From positions 431 through 64,430 of the forward strand of contig CAXAGT010000003.1 of assembly GCA_963968885.1 (NCBI GenBank): a DNA stretch of 64,000 nucleotides. Reading direction: 5' to 3'. This DNA is from an uncultured Candidatus Poseidoniales archaeon (lineage in GTDB: Archaea; Thermoplasmatota; Poseidoniia; Poseidoniales; Poseidoniaceae). Positions 19,754 through 27,463 of this stretch are shown here, one piece after another. The position numbers were made by a program, and so were the translations under genes. Every line of letters begins with the position of its first letter. Position 1 is the first letter of the stretch. A model generated the notes under the pieces. It had not been told where the DNA came from and searched no databases. It worked only from the letters and a program-made list of their open reading frames with translations.

Positions 19754-21109
19754 GTGGATAGAATGCAACCAGGAGGTCTAGGTAATACTGGAACTCATTA
19801 TTGGGATGGTTATCAATGGGTCCCAAATAACCAGCAAATAGTAAGCAATGACGGTAGATTTGTTTGGAATGGTAGCCAGTGGATACCAATTCAAAACCAA
19901 CAAATTTCTCAAGATGGAATGTGGGTATGGAATGGAATGCAATGGATTCCAAATCAGAATGTTCAGATGTATCAACAACCTCAACAACAATACTTCCAAG
20001 CTCAAACAACCTTCATACATCAACCGGTCAAAAATAGTGGGAACCTGAGTTTGGTTGTAGGAATTATTGCAGCGGTTGTTATTGTTGGCATACTTCTCAT
20101 CGCAGGAGTGTCTATTGCTATCATTAATGCCTTTGGATATTCAAACGACAAAACTCCTGAATTTGGATTTCGTCATGATGTTGATTACAGATTATATGAG
20201 GACTTAGGTTCAAACAATGGCGTATATAGCGCTGGACCAGATTACCCTGATTTTTCTTCAACAGTTGCAATTATTGGTGAGGATTCCAGCGGTGATGCAA
20301 GTTATGGTAGCGGAGTTGTGATATCTGAATATTGGGTTTTAACGGCAGCACATGTGGTCGATCAAGTCATGACAAGTAGAACTTATGTCTATGATGGTAA
20401 TGATTACGAGGATTCGGATGCAAACAGATACTCTGTATCGAAAATCTTCATGCATCCTGGCTGGGAGGTAGATTCAGATTTAATGGAAGAGGGAATGGAT
20501 ATTGCATTACTTCGCCTTGACGATCCAATAGACCAATCTGCTGTTGAGATTGGTTCATGGCATAATCAAGAATCAAATCAATTATACATTGGTTCATTGG
20601 TTTTTACTGCAGGATTTGGAGCATACGATAGGGAGTATTCAGAATGCACAGATTTCTGTTTGACAGATGGTAGCGGAGATTATTCACAAAGGCGTGCATG
20701 GGCTAATACTCTTGATAGAGAAGTCGTAGGCATAAGGTCATCTGATTCATTCCAGAATGATGATTTTTGGCTAGGTGGATTCATTTCATATGATTTTGAT
20801 AGCCCTGATGGAAAAGACAACACACTTGCCTCAGGAAATACCTCAACATTTGCTCAGGGTGATTACTCATATGTTGGAAGCGGGGATAGTTCTCCTAACG
20901 CACTTGATTTGGAGGGCACCAGCGTAAGTGGAGATTCTGGTGGTCCAACTTATGCATACCTAGATGGGGAATGGAAGGTAATTGGTTTGACTTCACATGG
21001 TAGCTTGGCAGCCAATTACGGAGATGTTGCCGTAAATACACATGTAGGTGTACATACGTCATGGATATGCTCAAAGAGTAATGATTTGCAACCAATAACC
21101 GGTTGCTGA
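19754..21109 (+). CDS. membrane-anchored trypsin-like (S1) serine protease with N-terminal W-rich repeats
   Basis: Catalytic triad contexts LTAAHV, DIALLRL and GDSGGP. One TM helix (LSLVVGIIAAVVIVGILLIAGVSIAII) lies between the repeat region and the protease domain. Confidence 0.75.
   Translation: MDRMQPGGLGNTGTHYWDGYQWVPNNQQIVSNDGRFVWNGSQWIPIQNQQISQDGMWVWNGMQWIPNQNVQMYQQPQQQYFQAQTTFIHQPVKNSGNLSLVVGIIAAVVIVGILLIAGVSIAIINAFGYSNDKTPEFGFRHDVDYRLYEDLGSNNGVYSAGPDYPDFSSTVAIIGEDSSGDASYGSGVVISEYWVLTAAHVVDQVMTSRTYVYDGNDYEDSDANRYSVSKIFMHPGWEVDSDLMEEGMDIALLRLDDPIDQSAVEIGSWHNQESNQLYIGSLVFTAGFGAYDREYSECTDFCLTDGSGDYSQRRAWANTLDREVVGIRSSDSFQNDDFWLGGFISYDFDSPDGKDNTLASGNTSTFAQGDYSYVGSGDSSPNALDLEGTSVSGDSGGPTYAYLDGEWKVIGLTSHGSLAANYGDVAVNTHVGVHTSWICSKSNDLQPITGC
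19790..19960 (+). repeat. three tandem 63-nt (21-aa) coding repeats, consensus DG..W.WNG.QWIPNQNQQ
   Basis: THYWDGYQWVPNNQQ / DGRFVWNGSQWIPIQNQQ / DGMWVWNGMQWIPNQN. The Trp positions 17, 38 and 59 are spaced exactly 21 aa apart. Confidence 0.7.
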
Positions 21110-21125
21110 ATTAATCAAATTAGTA

Positions 21126-22151
21126 TCAGCGGTTAGCTAGTGTTAGGGAAGACCACATTTCTTCAGGTACTTCCATAGCCAATCTTAGACCGCCCATTGC
21201 ACCTAACCTTACAGGGTCATCTACAACGTGAACATTGACATCGCCCATGTCAGAAAGTTTCCTTTCTATCATTGCGCCTAGACCTCTTATTCCTGATCCA
21301 CCGCCAGCTAGAACCATGTTTCTTCTGAACTCATCGTGGAATTCTGGGTTAGATTCTGCAATTAATTTCTTGACGTTTTCAACAATTGGGTCAACGATTG
21401 ACTCGCAAGCATTTTGGATACAATCTGTAATGTCTAGATTCATTGACTTACCCTCGATGGAGAAGTCCACCATAATCGGCTCTTCTGGAGCAGCAGTTGA
21501 AACAAAGGAGTATTGTTCCTTCCATCTTCTAGCCATGTCCTTTGTGATTTGAGCACCATTGTATTTCTTTTGTACTTCTTCGATAATTTTTCTGTCAACA
21601 AAGTCTCCAGCATGCCCTGTGTGCATTTGATCGCCAGGTCCTGGAATTGTTCCGTAGACACGGCAAAGGTCAGCAGTTCCTGCACCGATATCGATAACCA
21701 GTGTGTGCTCAATCATATCCAAAGCGTATGCAACAGCAAACGGCTCTGAAATAATCATTGCAGCGTTAACTGATCCAGCCGCAGCATCAAAAATCGCAGT
21801 TTTGTCGACGTGACTTGCTTCTGCAGGTGCACCGATTACGGCAACAACACGGTCATATTCCTCAGGGTCGGATAATTCGATAAGATGTGTAATGAAGTGA
21901 GCAATAAATTGCCTGTCTTCTGGGGTGTCTTTTATCACACCAAGTTCCAAAGGTCTGAACAGGTTAAGTGCCAGTCTGTTTTTTAGTGCTTCATTTCCAA
22001 ACAAAACATCTCTCTTAAGGAAGTTTCTTGCTACAGGATCTTTTGGAGTTCCTATAACAGTTAGTTCTTCTTCTTCGTGTGAATCAGAAGATACCATTAC
22101 AGATCTAAAAGTTCCAAGGTCTATTCCAATGTATAATACATCATCAGCCAT
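21126..22151 (-). CDS. actin-fold ATPase, MamK/MreB-like
   Basis: Phosphate-1 motif IGIDLGT, phosphate-2 motif VIDIGAGTADL and adenosine motif LAGGGSGIRGL. Start set at MADDVLYIGIDLGT. Confidence 0.75.
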   Translation of the reverse strand: MADDVLYIGIDLGTFRSVMVSSDSHEEEELTVIGTPKDPVARNFLKRDVLFGNEALKNRLALNLFRPLELGVIKDTPEDRQFIAHFITHLIELSDPEEYDRVVAVIGAPAEASHVDKTAIFDAAAGSVNAAMIISEPFAVAYALDMIEHTLVIDIGAGTADLCRVYGTIPGPGDQMHTGHAGDFVDRKIIEEVQKKYNGAQITKDMARRWKEQYSFVSTAAPEEPIMVDFSIEGKSMNLDITDCIQNACESIVDPIVENVKKLIAESNPEFHDEFRRNMVLAGGGSGIRGLGAMIERKLSDMGDVNVHVVDDPVRLGAMGGLRLAMEVPEEMWSSLTLANR

Positions 22152-22278
22152 TTTCTCACCAGTCCTTGCACTTTGAACTCGTTTATGAACCATTACTATC
22201 AAAACTGTTGGAAAACCAAGTGTGAAAATAAAAGTAAATCATAAATTCATGGTTTTTATGAATTCTATAGAATATTGT

Positions 22279-23292
22279 CTACAGCCAGGATTCACACGGA
22301 TGACAGTACCAAGCAGAGTACTCAGGATACAGTTCTGCTAGACCTCCACAATTAGTACACTCTTTGGTGGCATTATCTCCAAATAATTCTTGGATTATTT
22401 GTACATGGTATTCATCAGAAATTCCTAGTTGTTGTCTCATCGCCCATAGCATTTGATCTTCAGAAGGTGAAATAATTCCATCCTCTAAGACTAATGCAAC
22501 CACATTTTGATAATCCTCAATTACGCTAACATCCCTAGCATCTAAACTTATTCCGCCTTTTGTGGCTACGAAGTTTTTACCTTCTGGATCGTCAATAAAC
22601 AGAACAAGAGACTCGGGTTTTAAGCTTGAATCTCTCATTTCGAAATTCACAGTATTGCCCTCTGAATTAGCAAAGACAAATCTTGAGGCGCGGTTTATCA
22701 CATTTGCAATAGAGCGAGCCGTCATTTCAGCCTTTGGTCCTCTCTTCCAACCTGTTGGAGACATTTCATTGAAAGTATAAAATTCGGTACCCAATCCAGG
22801 ATATTCGAGCCTTATTTCTTCTCCACCATCAAAGCCATTGTCTACAATTTGTAATTGAGCAATCACGGTAGAAACAAGTTCATCATCATCGCCAAAACTG
22901 ATCATCAACGGCTTTCGCTCCTCGGTGGCTGCGTTGAAGTGACCTTGCATACCCCGCATCCATTTGTCCTCTAATCTAGTAAGAGATGCTTCTTGTTCTT
23001 CGGTAAGTTGCTTGTCGATTCCCAAGACATTTGACATACTGCCCGATTTCATTTCTTGCTTAAATTCTTCAATCAATTCAGAATCTCTGCGGTAGTTCTC
23101 AGGCTTCATTTTATTTCCGTGTCCCTCGAATTCAGGATCAGGCCATTCATGAGAGCAACTCATACACTTTAGGTAACCTTGCATAGTAGAAGGAGACTTT
23201 TCACCCCCACATCTAGGGCAATCCCCGCCTTCGTTGTAAGCCAGGTTCTCTGCAGAGTCTTTTCGTCCCTGCCTGATGTTAAACCCAGCCAT
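22279..23292 (-). CDS. hypothetical protein with N- and C-terminal zinc ribbons
   Basis: CPRC..(x17)..CMSC at the N-terminus and CTNC..(x14)..CHPC at the C-terminus. Lies directly upstream of, and co-directional with, the actin-like gene. Confidence 0.45.
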   Translation of the reverse strand: MAGFNIRQGRKDSAENLAYNEGGDCPRCGGEKSPSTMQGYLKCMSCSHEWPDPEFEGHGNKMKPENYRRDSELIEEFKQEMKSGSMSNVLGIDKQLTEEQEASLTRLEDKWMRGMQGHFNAATEERKPLMISFGDDDELVSTVIAQLQIVDNGFDGGEEIRLEYPGLGTEFYTFNEMSPTGWKRGPKAEMTARSIANVINRASRFVFANSEGNTVNFEMRDSSLKPESLVLFIDDPEGKNFVATKGGISLDARDVSVIEDYQNVVALVLEDGIISPSEDQMLWAMRQQLGISDEYHVQIIQELFGDNATKECTNCGGLAELYPEYSAWYCHPCESWL

Positions 23293-23336
23293 GCTTACCG
23301 AGGAGCGGGTATAGTCTTTGAATGATTCGGACTTAT

Positions 23337-24167
23337 TTATTTGGAGCCAATTGCCTTTAGTGAGTACCTAATGATGCCTTCCTGAGCATATAACCTTCGA
23401 ACAGACAAATTGAATTTCATTCCAATTTCAATCTTCACATTTTCTAGTTCGTCACTTAGCATGAAAACACCCCTTGGTCCCTCTTCAAACTCAGCAAAAA
23501 TAGTGGTTAACCCTCCAAGAATTGGGGACCTAATACTAAATTCTGAAGGTGCTCCACCTGCAGATAATTTAGTCCAAGATAAGACCTTCACGCAATTCTT
23601 CAAATTAACAGTCTCGCTGGTTCTGGATCCATCATCTTGAAGTTCTCTAGGAGGCCATGTTAGACCATTTGTTCCTCTCTGGGCTTGTAATCTAAGTCTG
23701 GCTATGGATGCTTCTGTGTGCTGCTGGCTTGAAACGTAAGCTCCTTGAGAGACATGTTGTATGTTGCTCTCTGTTTTCCAAGCCTCACTTATTTGGTTGC
23801 TCAATTGTTCATTGATTTCAATTTCTGCTGCATAGAAGTCAGTATCAGAAAAATCTCCACCAGTGATTGATAAAGATATGCTTGAATCATGTGATTTCAT
23901 TATGACAGAGCACTCATCTTCATCACCAGGTGTCACAATTCCAAAACATTTTGAAATTAGTTCAGAGTTAATGTGTTGGTCCATCTTAATCATTTCAAAT
24001 TCTATCCTATTCTGCTCAAGATAATCAAGAAGGGCGAATGCAAGGGTTGTATGGTCGGAATCTGCTCCAAATACTCTTTGTCCGTTTGTATGAAAAAGAG
24101 AGGAAGCGGTGTAACCTGAGTCAGAAATTACCATGCCGTAACCTTGCCAAATTGTTCGGTCACTCAT
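23337..24167 (-). CDS. DUF35-like OB-fold protein with an unrecognised N-terminal domain
   Basis: The C-terminal 110 aa or so (VLSWTKL..GLTTIFAEFEEGPRGVFMLSDE..IEIGMKFNLSV) resemble the thiolase-associated DUF35 OB fold. ATGA overlap with the thiolase stop. Confidence 0.5.
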   Translation of the reverse strand: MSDRTIWQGYGMVISDSGYTASSLFHTNGQRVFGADSDHTTLAFALLDYLEQNRIEFEMIKMDQHINSELISKCFGIVTPGDEDECSVIMKSHDSSISLSITGGDFSDTDFYAAEIEINEQLSNQISEAWKTESNIQHVSQGAYVSSQQHTEASIARLRLQAQRGTNGLTWPPRELQDDGSRTSETVNLKNCVKVLSWTKLSAGGAPSEFSIRSPILGGLTTIFAEFEEGPRGVFMLSDELENVKIEIGMKFNLSVRRLYAQEGIIRYSLKAIGSK

Positions 24168-25333
24168 CAAATTGACCTCCCATAGACATGAACTGCACAA
24201 GTAGCACCGGATCCACCGACATTGTGTGTCAGTGCTGTTTCTGCATCTCTAACCTGTCTTGTTCCCGCCTCATGTCTCAATTGTTTGAAGACTTCAACAG
24301 ATTGTCCAACACCCGTAGCACCTAATGGATGTCCTTTTGATTTAAGCCCACCAGACCCGTTAATTGTCAGCATTCCATCGTTTCTTATTCCTCTCCCTTC
24401 TCTAGCAAATACTCCACCTTCGCCTTTCTCACAAAAGCCAAGGTCCTCATAAGCGAGCATTTCAGCTACAGTAAAACAATCATGTACTTCTGCTAAATCA
24501 ATATCATTAGAAGATAATCCGGATTGTTGATATGCTTTCCTAGATGCATCGATTGTTGCATTTAACGTCGTTATACTAGGCCTGTCATGTAATGCTAAAT
24601 TATCGCTACCTGCTCCACTTCCCGTAATCCAAACAGGAGTATCGGTCATTTTCTTGGCGATGTGGTCAGCGGCAAGAATTACGCACGATGCACCATCTGA
24701 AGTAGGGCAGCAGTCGTATAGTGTAAGTGGGTCTGCAACCATGAAACCATTTGCTGCTTTATCGAAATCTACCTTTTTTTGTAAATGTGCATCTGGATTG
24801 TCAAAGCCATGTGCGTGATTTTTCACTGAGATATGAACTAAATCATCATGCACAGAATTGTATTCATGAAAGTGTCTCCTCGCCATTAGAGCATATGTGC
24901 CTGGAAAAGTCAATCCAGCCAATCTTTCCCATTCAGTGTCCCCACTAACTCCCAGCCAATACCTCTTTCTTTCTGCCGAAAGGTCGTTCATTTTTTCAAT
25001 ACCACCTGCAATCACCACATCTGCTTGACCCGATTTGATTGCCATCCATGCATCTCTTAGTGCGAACCCAGATGAGGCACAGGCGTTTTCCACCCTTCTG
25101 ACAGGAACCCCTTTCAGACCTGAATGTTCGGTCAGTAATGCTGCTGTATTTCCTAGTTGACTTCCACCGAATGCGATACTTCCGATGTAAGCCTCATCAA
25201 CCATGCTTAAATCAAAATCACCATCGATCGAAGCATAAGCTTTCTCACTAGCCTCAGCCCACATTCCCTTCAATCCAAGAGGGTGATTTCCGAACTTGGT
25301 CTGACCTGCTCCCACCATAGCCACATTGGTCAT
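24167..25333 (-). CDS. acetyl-CoA acetyltransferase (archaeal SCP-x-type thiolase)
   Basis: VAMVGAGQTKFG N-terminus, active-site NACASSG, and C-terminal HPLGATG and NVGGSG. Start set at the internal Met. Confidence 0.85.
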   Translation of the reverse strand: MTNVAMVGAGQTKFGNHPLGLKGMWAEASEKAYASIDGDFDLSMVDEAYIGSIAFGGSQLGNTAALLTEHSGLKGVPVRRVENACASSGFALRDAWMAIKSGQADVVIAGGIEKMNDLSAERKRYWLGVSGDTEWERLAGLTFPGTYALMARRHFHEYNSVHDDLVHISVKNHAHGFDNPDAHLQKKVDFDKAANGFMVADPLTLYDCCPTSDGASCVILAADHIAKKMTDTPVWITGSGAGSDNLALHDRPSITTLNATIDASRKAYQQSGLSSNDIDLAEVHDCFTVAEMLAYEDLGFCEKGEGGVFAREGRGIRNDGMLTINGSGGLKSKGHPLGATGVGQSVEVFKQLRHEAGTRQVRDAETALTHNVGGSGATCAVHVYGRSI

Positions 25334-25463
25334 GTTGATGCCTAGAGTGGAGAAGTCTTTGATACTCACGGTTACTGGGATTAGAAATAATTCATTCATC
25401 TACTTATTTTGTATTCCAAATCTCCGATGAGTCTATGAATGGGATTCTTTCGCATGTAGATTT

Positions 25464-26204
25464 ATGTTGCGTAAGTGTCCCGAGCACGGAGATTTTCAAG
25501 GTACTAACTGTCCAGTTTGTAATAAAGAAGGCAAATTCATCATGTCAGACAGAGAAGCAGGCTCGCTAGGTAGAATGCTTGCACTAATTCTAAGACATGC
25601 TCCTGAGAAATTTAACCTAGAGATGGACATTAACGGATGGGTTAACCTCAGGGATTTGTCTGATGCAATTGCTAATCAAAGAAGAAATTTCCACTGGTTG
25701 AGATCATGGCACTTTGAATCAATTGCAAATGCTGATGAAAAAGGTAGATATCAAATTGAGGGAGGCTCCATTAGAGCAACTTATGGACATTCTATAGAAC
25801 TAGATCTTGATTTACCAACTGATGATATTCCAGAGGTCCTATATTGGCCATGTGAAGAAGGTCAAGTTGAAACTCTATTGGAGTATGGCATAACTAAGGG
25901 AGAAAGGCAACATATTCACCTTTCTAGAACTATTCTTAACGCCCTAGAAGCAGGTCATGTAAGGATAAGTAGACCGGCAATACTTGAGGTTGATACCACT
26001 AGAGCAATCGCAGATGGTTACCAGATTTACAGAGCAGGCACAACAGTTTTCATCACTGATGAGGTTCCTCCGGAGTACCTATACAGAATCGAAGCAGATG
26101 ATCCTATCATCGAAGAGACTTTCCTAAGATGGGAAGAAGAAGAGGCTGCGCAAGCTGCTGCTGAAGAGGAAGCTGCACAGGCTGCTGCTGCTGAAGAAGA
26201 GTGA
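25464..26204 (+). CDS. kptA: RNA 2'-phosphotransferase Tpt1/KptA with N-terminal zinc ribbon and acidic repeat tail
   Basis: LALILRHAPEKFNLEMDINGWV, RATYGHSI and HIHLS fit Tpt1. CPEH..CPVC at the N-terminus. Confidence 0.8.
   Translation: MLRKCPEHGDFQGTNCPVCNKEGKFIMSDREAGSLGRMLALILRHAPEKFNLEMDINGWVNLRDLSDAIANQRRNFHWLRSWHFESIANADEKGRYQIEGGSIRATYGHSIELDLDLPTDDIPEVLYWPCEEGQVETLLEYGITKGERQHIHLSRTILNALEAGHVRISRPAILEVDTTRAIADGYQIYRAGTTVFITDEVPPEYLYRIEADDPIIEETFLRWEEEEAAQAAAEEEAAQAAAAEEE
26133..26201 (+). repeat. imperfect tandem coding repeat (EEEAAQAAA x2) at the Tpt1 C-terminus
   Basis: gaagaagaggctgcgcaagctgctgct / gaagaggaagctgcacaggctgctgct. Confidence 0.5.
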
Positions 26205-26633
26205 TTATCTCTGATGTCCGCAATTCGGACAGAAGTCCAAATCTTGTTCCAATGGGGAACCGCATTTTGAACATGATAGGGTGTTGAAACTTTCCGCATC
26301 TACAGCAGTGGCTGTGACTCTACTCATTTTCAGTGGAGCGTCCTCCCCAGTAGTCACTTCCTTGAATGGATCGATTCCCATCCTCTTTAATTGGCTATAC
26401 TTCTTCCTAAATTTTAGTAATTCATTTAGTGTAACTTCAATCTGAGTTTGCCTTTTTCTCCTATCTTCCTTATCCGGAATTTGTTCGGTCTTGATTAACT
26501 CAGCTTGTATTGCGAGTTGGAACTCTTGTAGTGTAGGTTCATCAGACATATGCGAATCCAATCCCAACTTGTTCATCAAACCTGTCATAGGAATAGACTC
26601 AATTGCGATTACTTCCTCCCCCGAGCATGGCAA
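26205..26633 (-). CDS. hypothetical protein with C-terminal zinc ribbon
   Basis: CSKC...CPNC at the C-terminus. The start is uncertain (an internal Met at 26588 is possible). Confidence 0.4.
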   Translation of the reverse strand: MPCSGEEVIAIESIPMTGLMNKLGLDSHMSDEPTLQEFQLAIQAELIKTEQIPDKEDRRKRQTQIEVTLNELLKFRKKYSQLKRMGIDPFKEVTTGEDAPLKMSRVTATAVDAESFNTLSCSKCGSPLEQDLDFCPNCGHQR

Positions 26634-27436
26634 AGCGGGTCGTGGTAAAATGGGGGGGCGGTTTAATCACCGACAAAACTGTTTTACTGACACCTAATAT
26701 TGATGTGATACAAACTCTCTCAAAGCAAATGAAGAATGTTGTCGACTCCGGTTATCAGGTGATTTTGGTTCATGGTGCCGGTTCATTCGGTCACCTAAGG
26801 GCAAAGCATTGGAAATTACATCTTGGTAAGCAAAATCAGACATTTGTACCTGAGCCTGGAATATTCACACAAGAACAGGCTGTTGAAGAAGTAAGGAGAG
26901 ATATGGAATCTTTGAATTCATTTGTGATTTCCGAACTGGAAGAAATGAACTTGGATTGCGAAGTATTTCCTGCTCACAAATGGGCAACAGAAACAGGTTC
27001 AAATTTTGAAGGAGATTTGGCAATTTTCGAAAACTCAAGTGCTGATGTAATCATAACTTTTGGAGATGTTGTAGACTGTTCACCCCCTGCAATGTTTGGT
27101 ATACTATCGGGAGATGATCTAGTGAAAAGATTGTCAATTGAACTTGGCGGGGTTGAAAGGTTGGTATTTGCAATTGGAGGAGTGGATGGCGTACTTGAAA
27201 ACCCACCTGGTGATGGGAACGAAATTGTTATTCCAACCCTCACAAAAAATTCAGAATTTCTTGGCTCTCATGAATCTACAATTGATGTAACCGGAGGAAT
27301 TGGTCTTAAGATTTCCAGAGGGTTTGAAGTTTCAGATAAAGGCATAGAGGTTTTGTTAGTCAATGGTGAAAACAGTGATAGATTCGAAAAAGCATGTTTG
27401 GGTATAGATGTAATTGGAACAAAAATCCAGTCATAA
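26627..27436 (+). CDS. ipk: isopentenyl phosphate kinase
   Basis: Amino-acid-kinase fold with VVVKWGGGLITDK and LVHGAGSFGH. The size fits IPK. Confidence 0.85.
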   Translation: MAKRVVVKWGGGLITDKTVLLTPNIDVIQTLSKQMKNVVDSGYQVILVHGAGSFGHLRAKHWKLHLGKQNQTFVPEPGIFTQEQAVEEVRRDMESLNSFVISELEEMNLDCEVFPAHKWATETGSNFEGDLAIFENSSADVIITFGDVVDCSPPAMFGILSGDDLVKRLSIELGGVERLVFAIGGVDGVLENPPGDGNEIVIPTLTKNSEFLGSHESTIDVTGGIGLKISRGFEVSDKGIEVLLVNGENSDRFEKACLGIDVIGTKIQS

Positions 27437-27463
27437 ATTACAAAATTACGCAGCGAAGTTATC

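Noticed and set aside
26133-26201. A GAA/GCT-rich tandem repeat, considered as a possible CRISPR-like or microsatellite element
   Set aside because: There are only two imperfect 27-nt copies, in frame, inside a coding tail. It is not an array.
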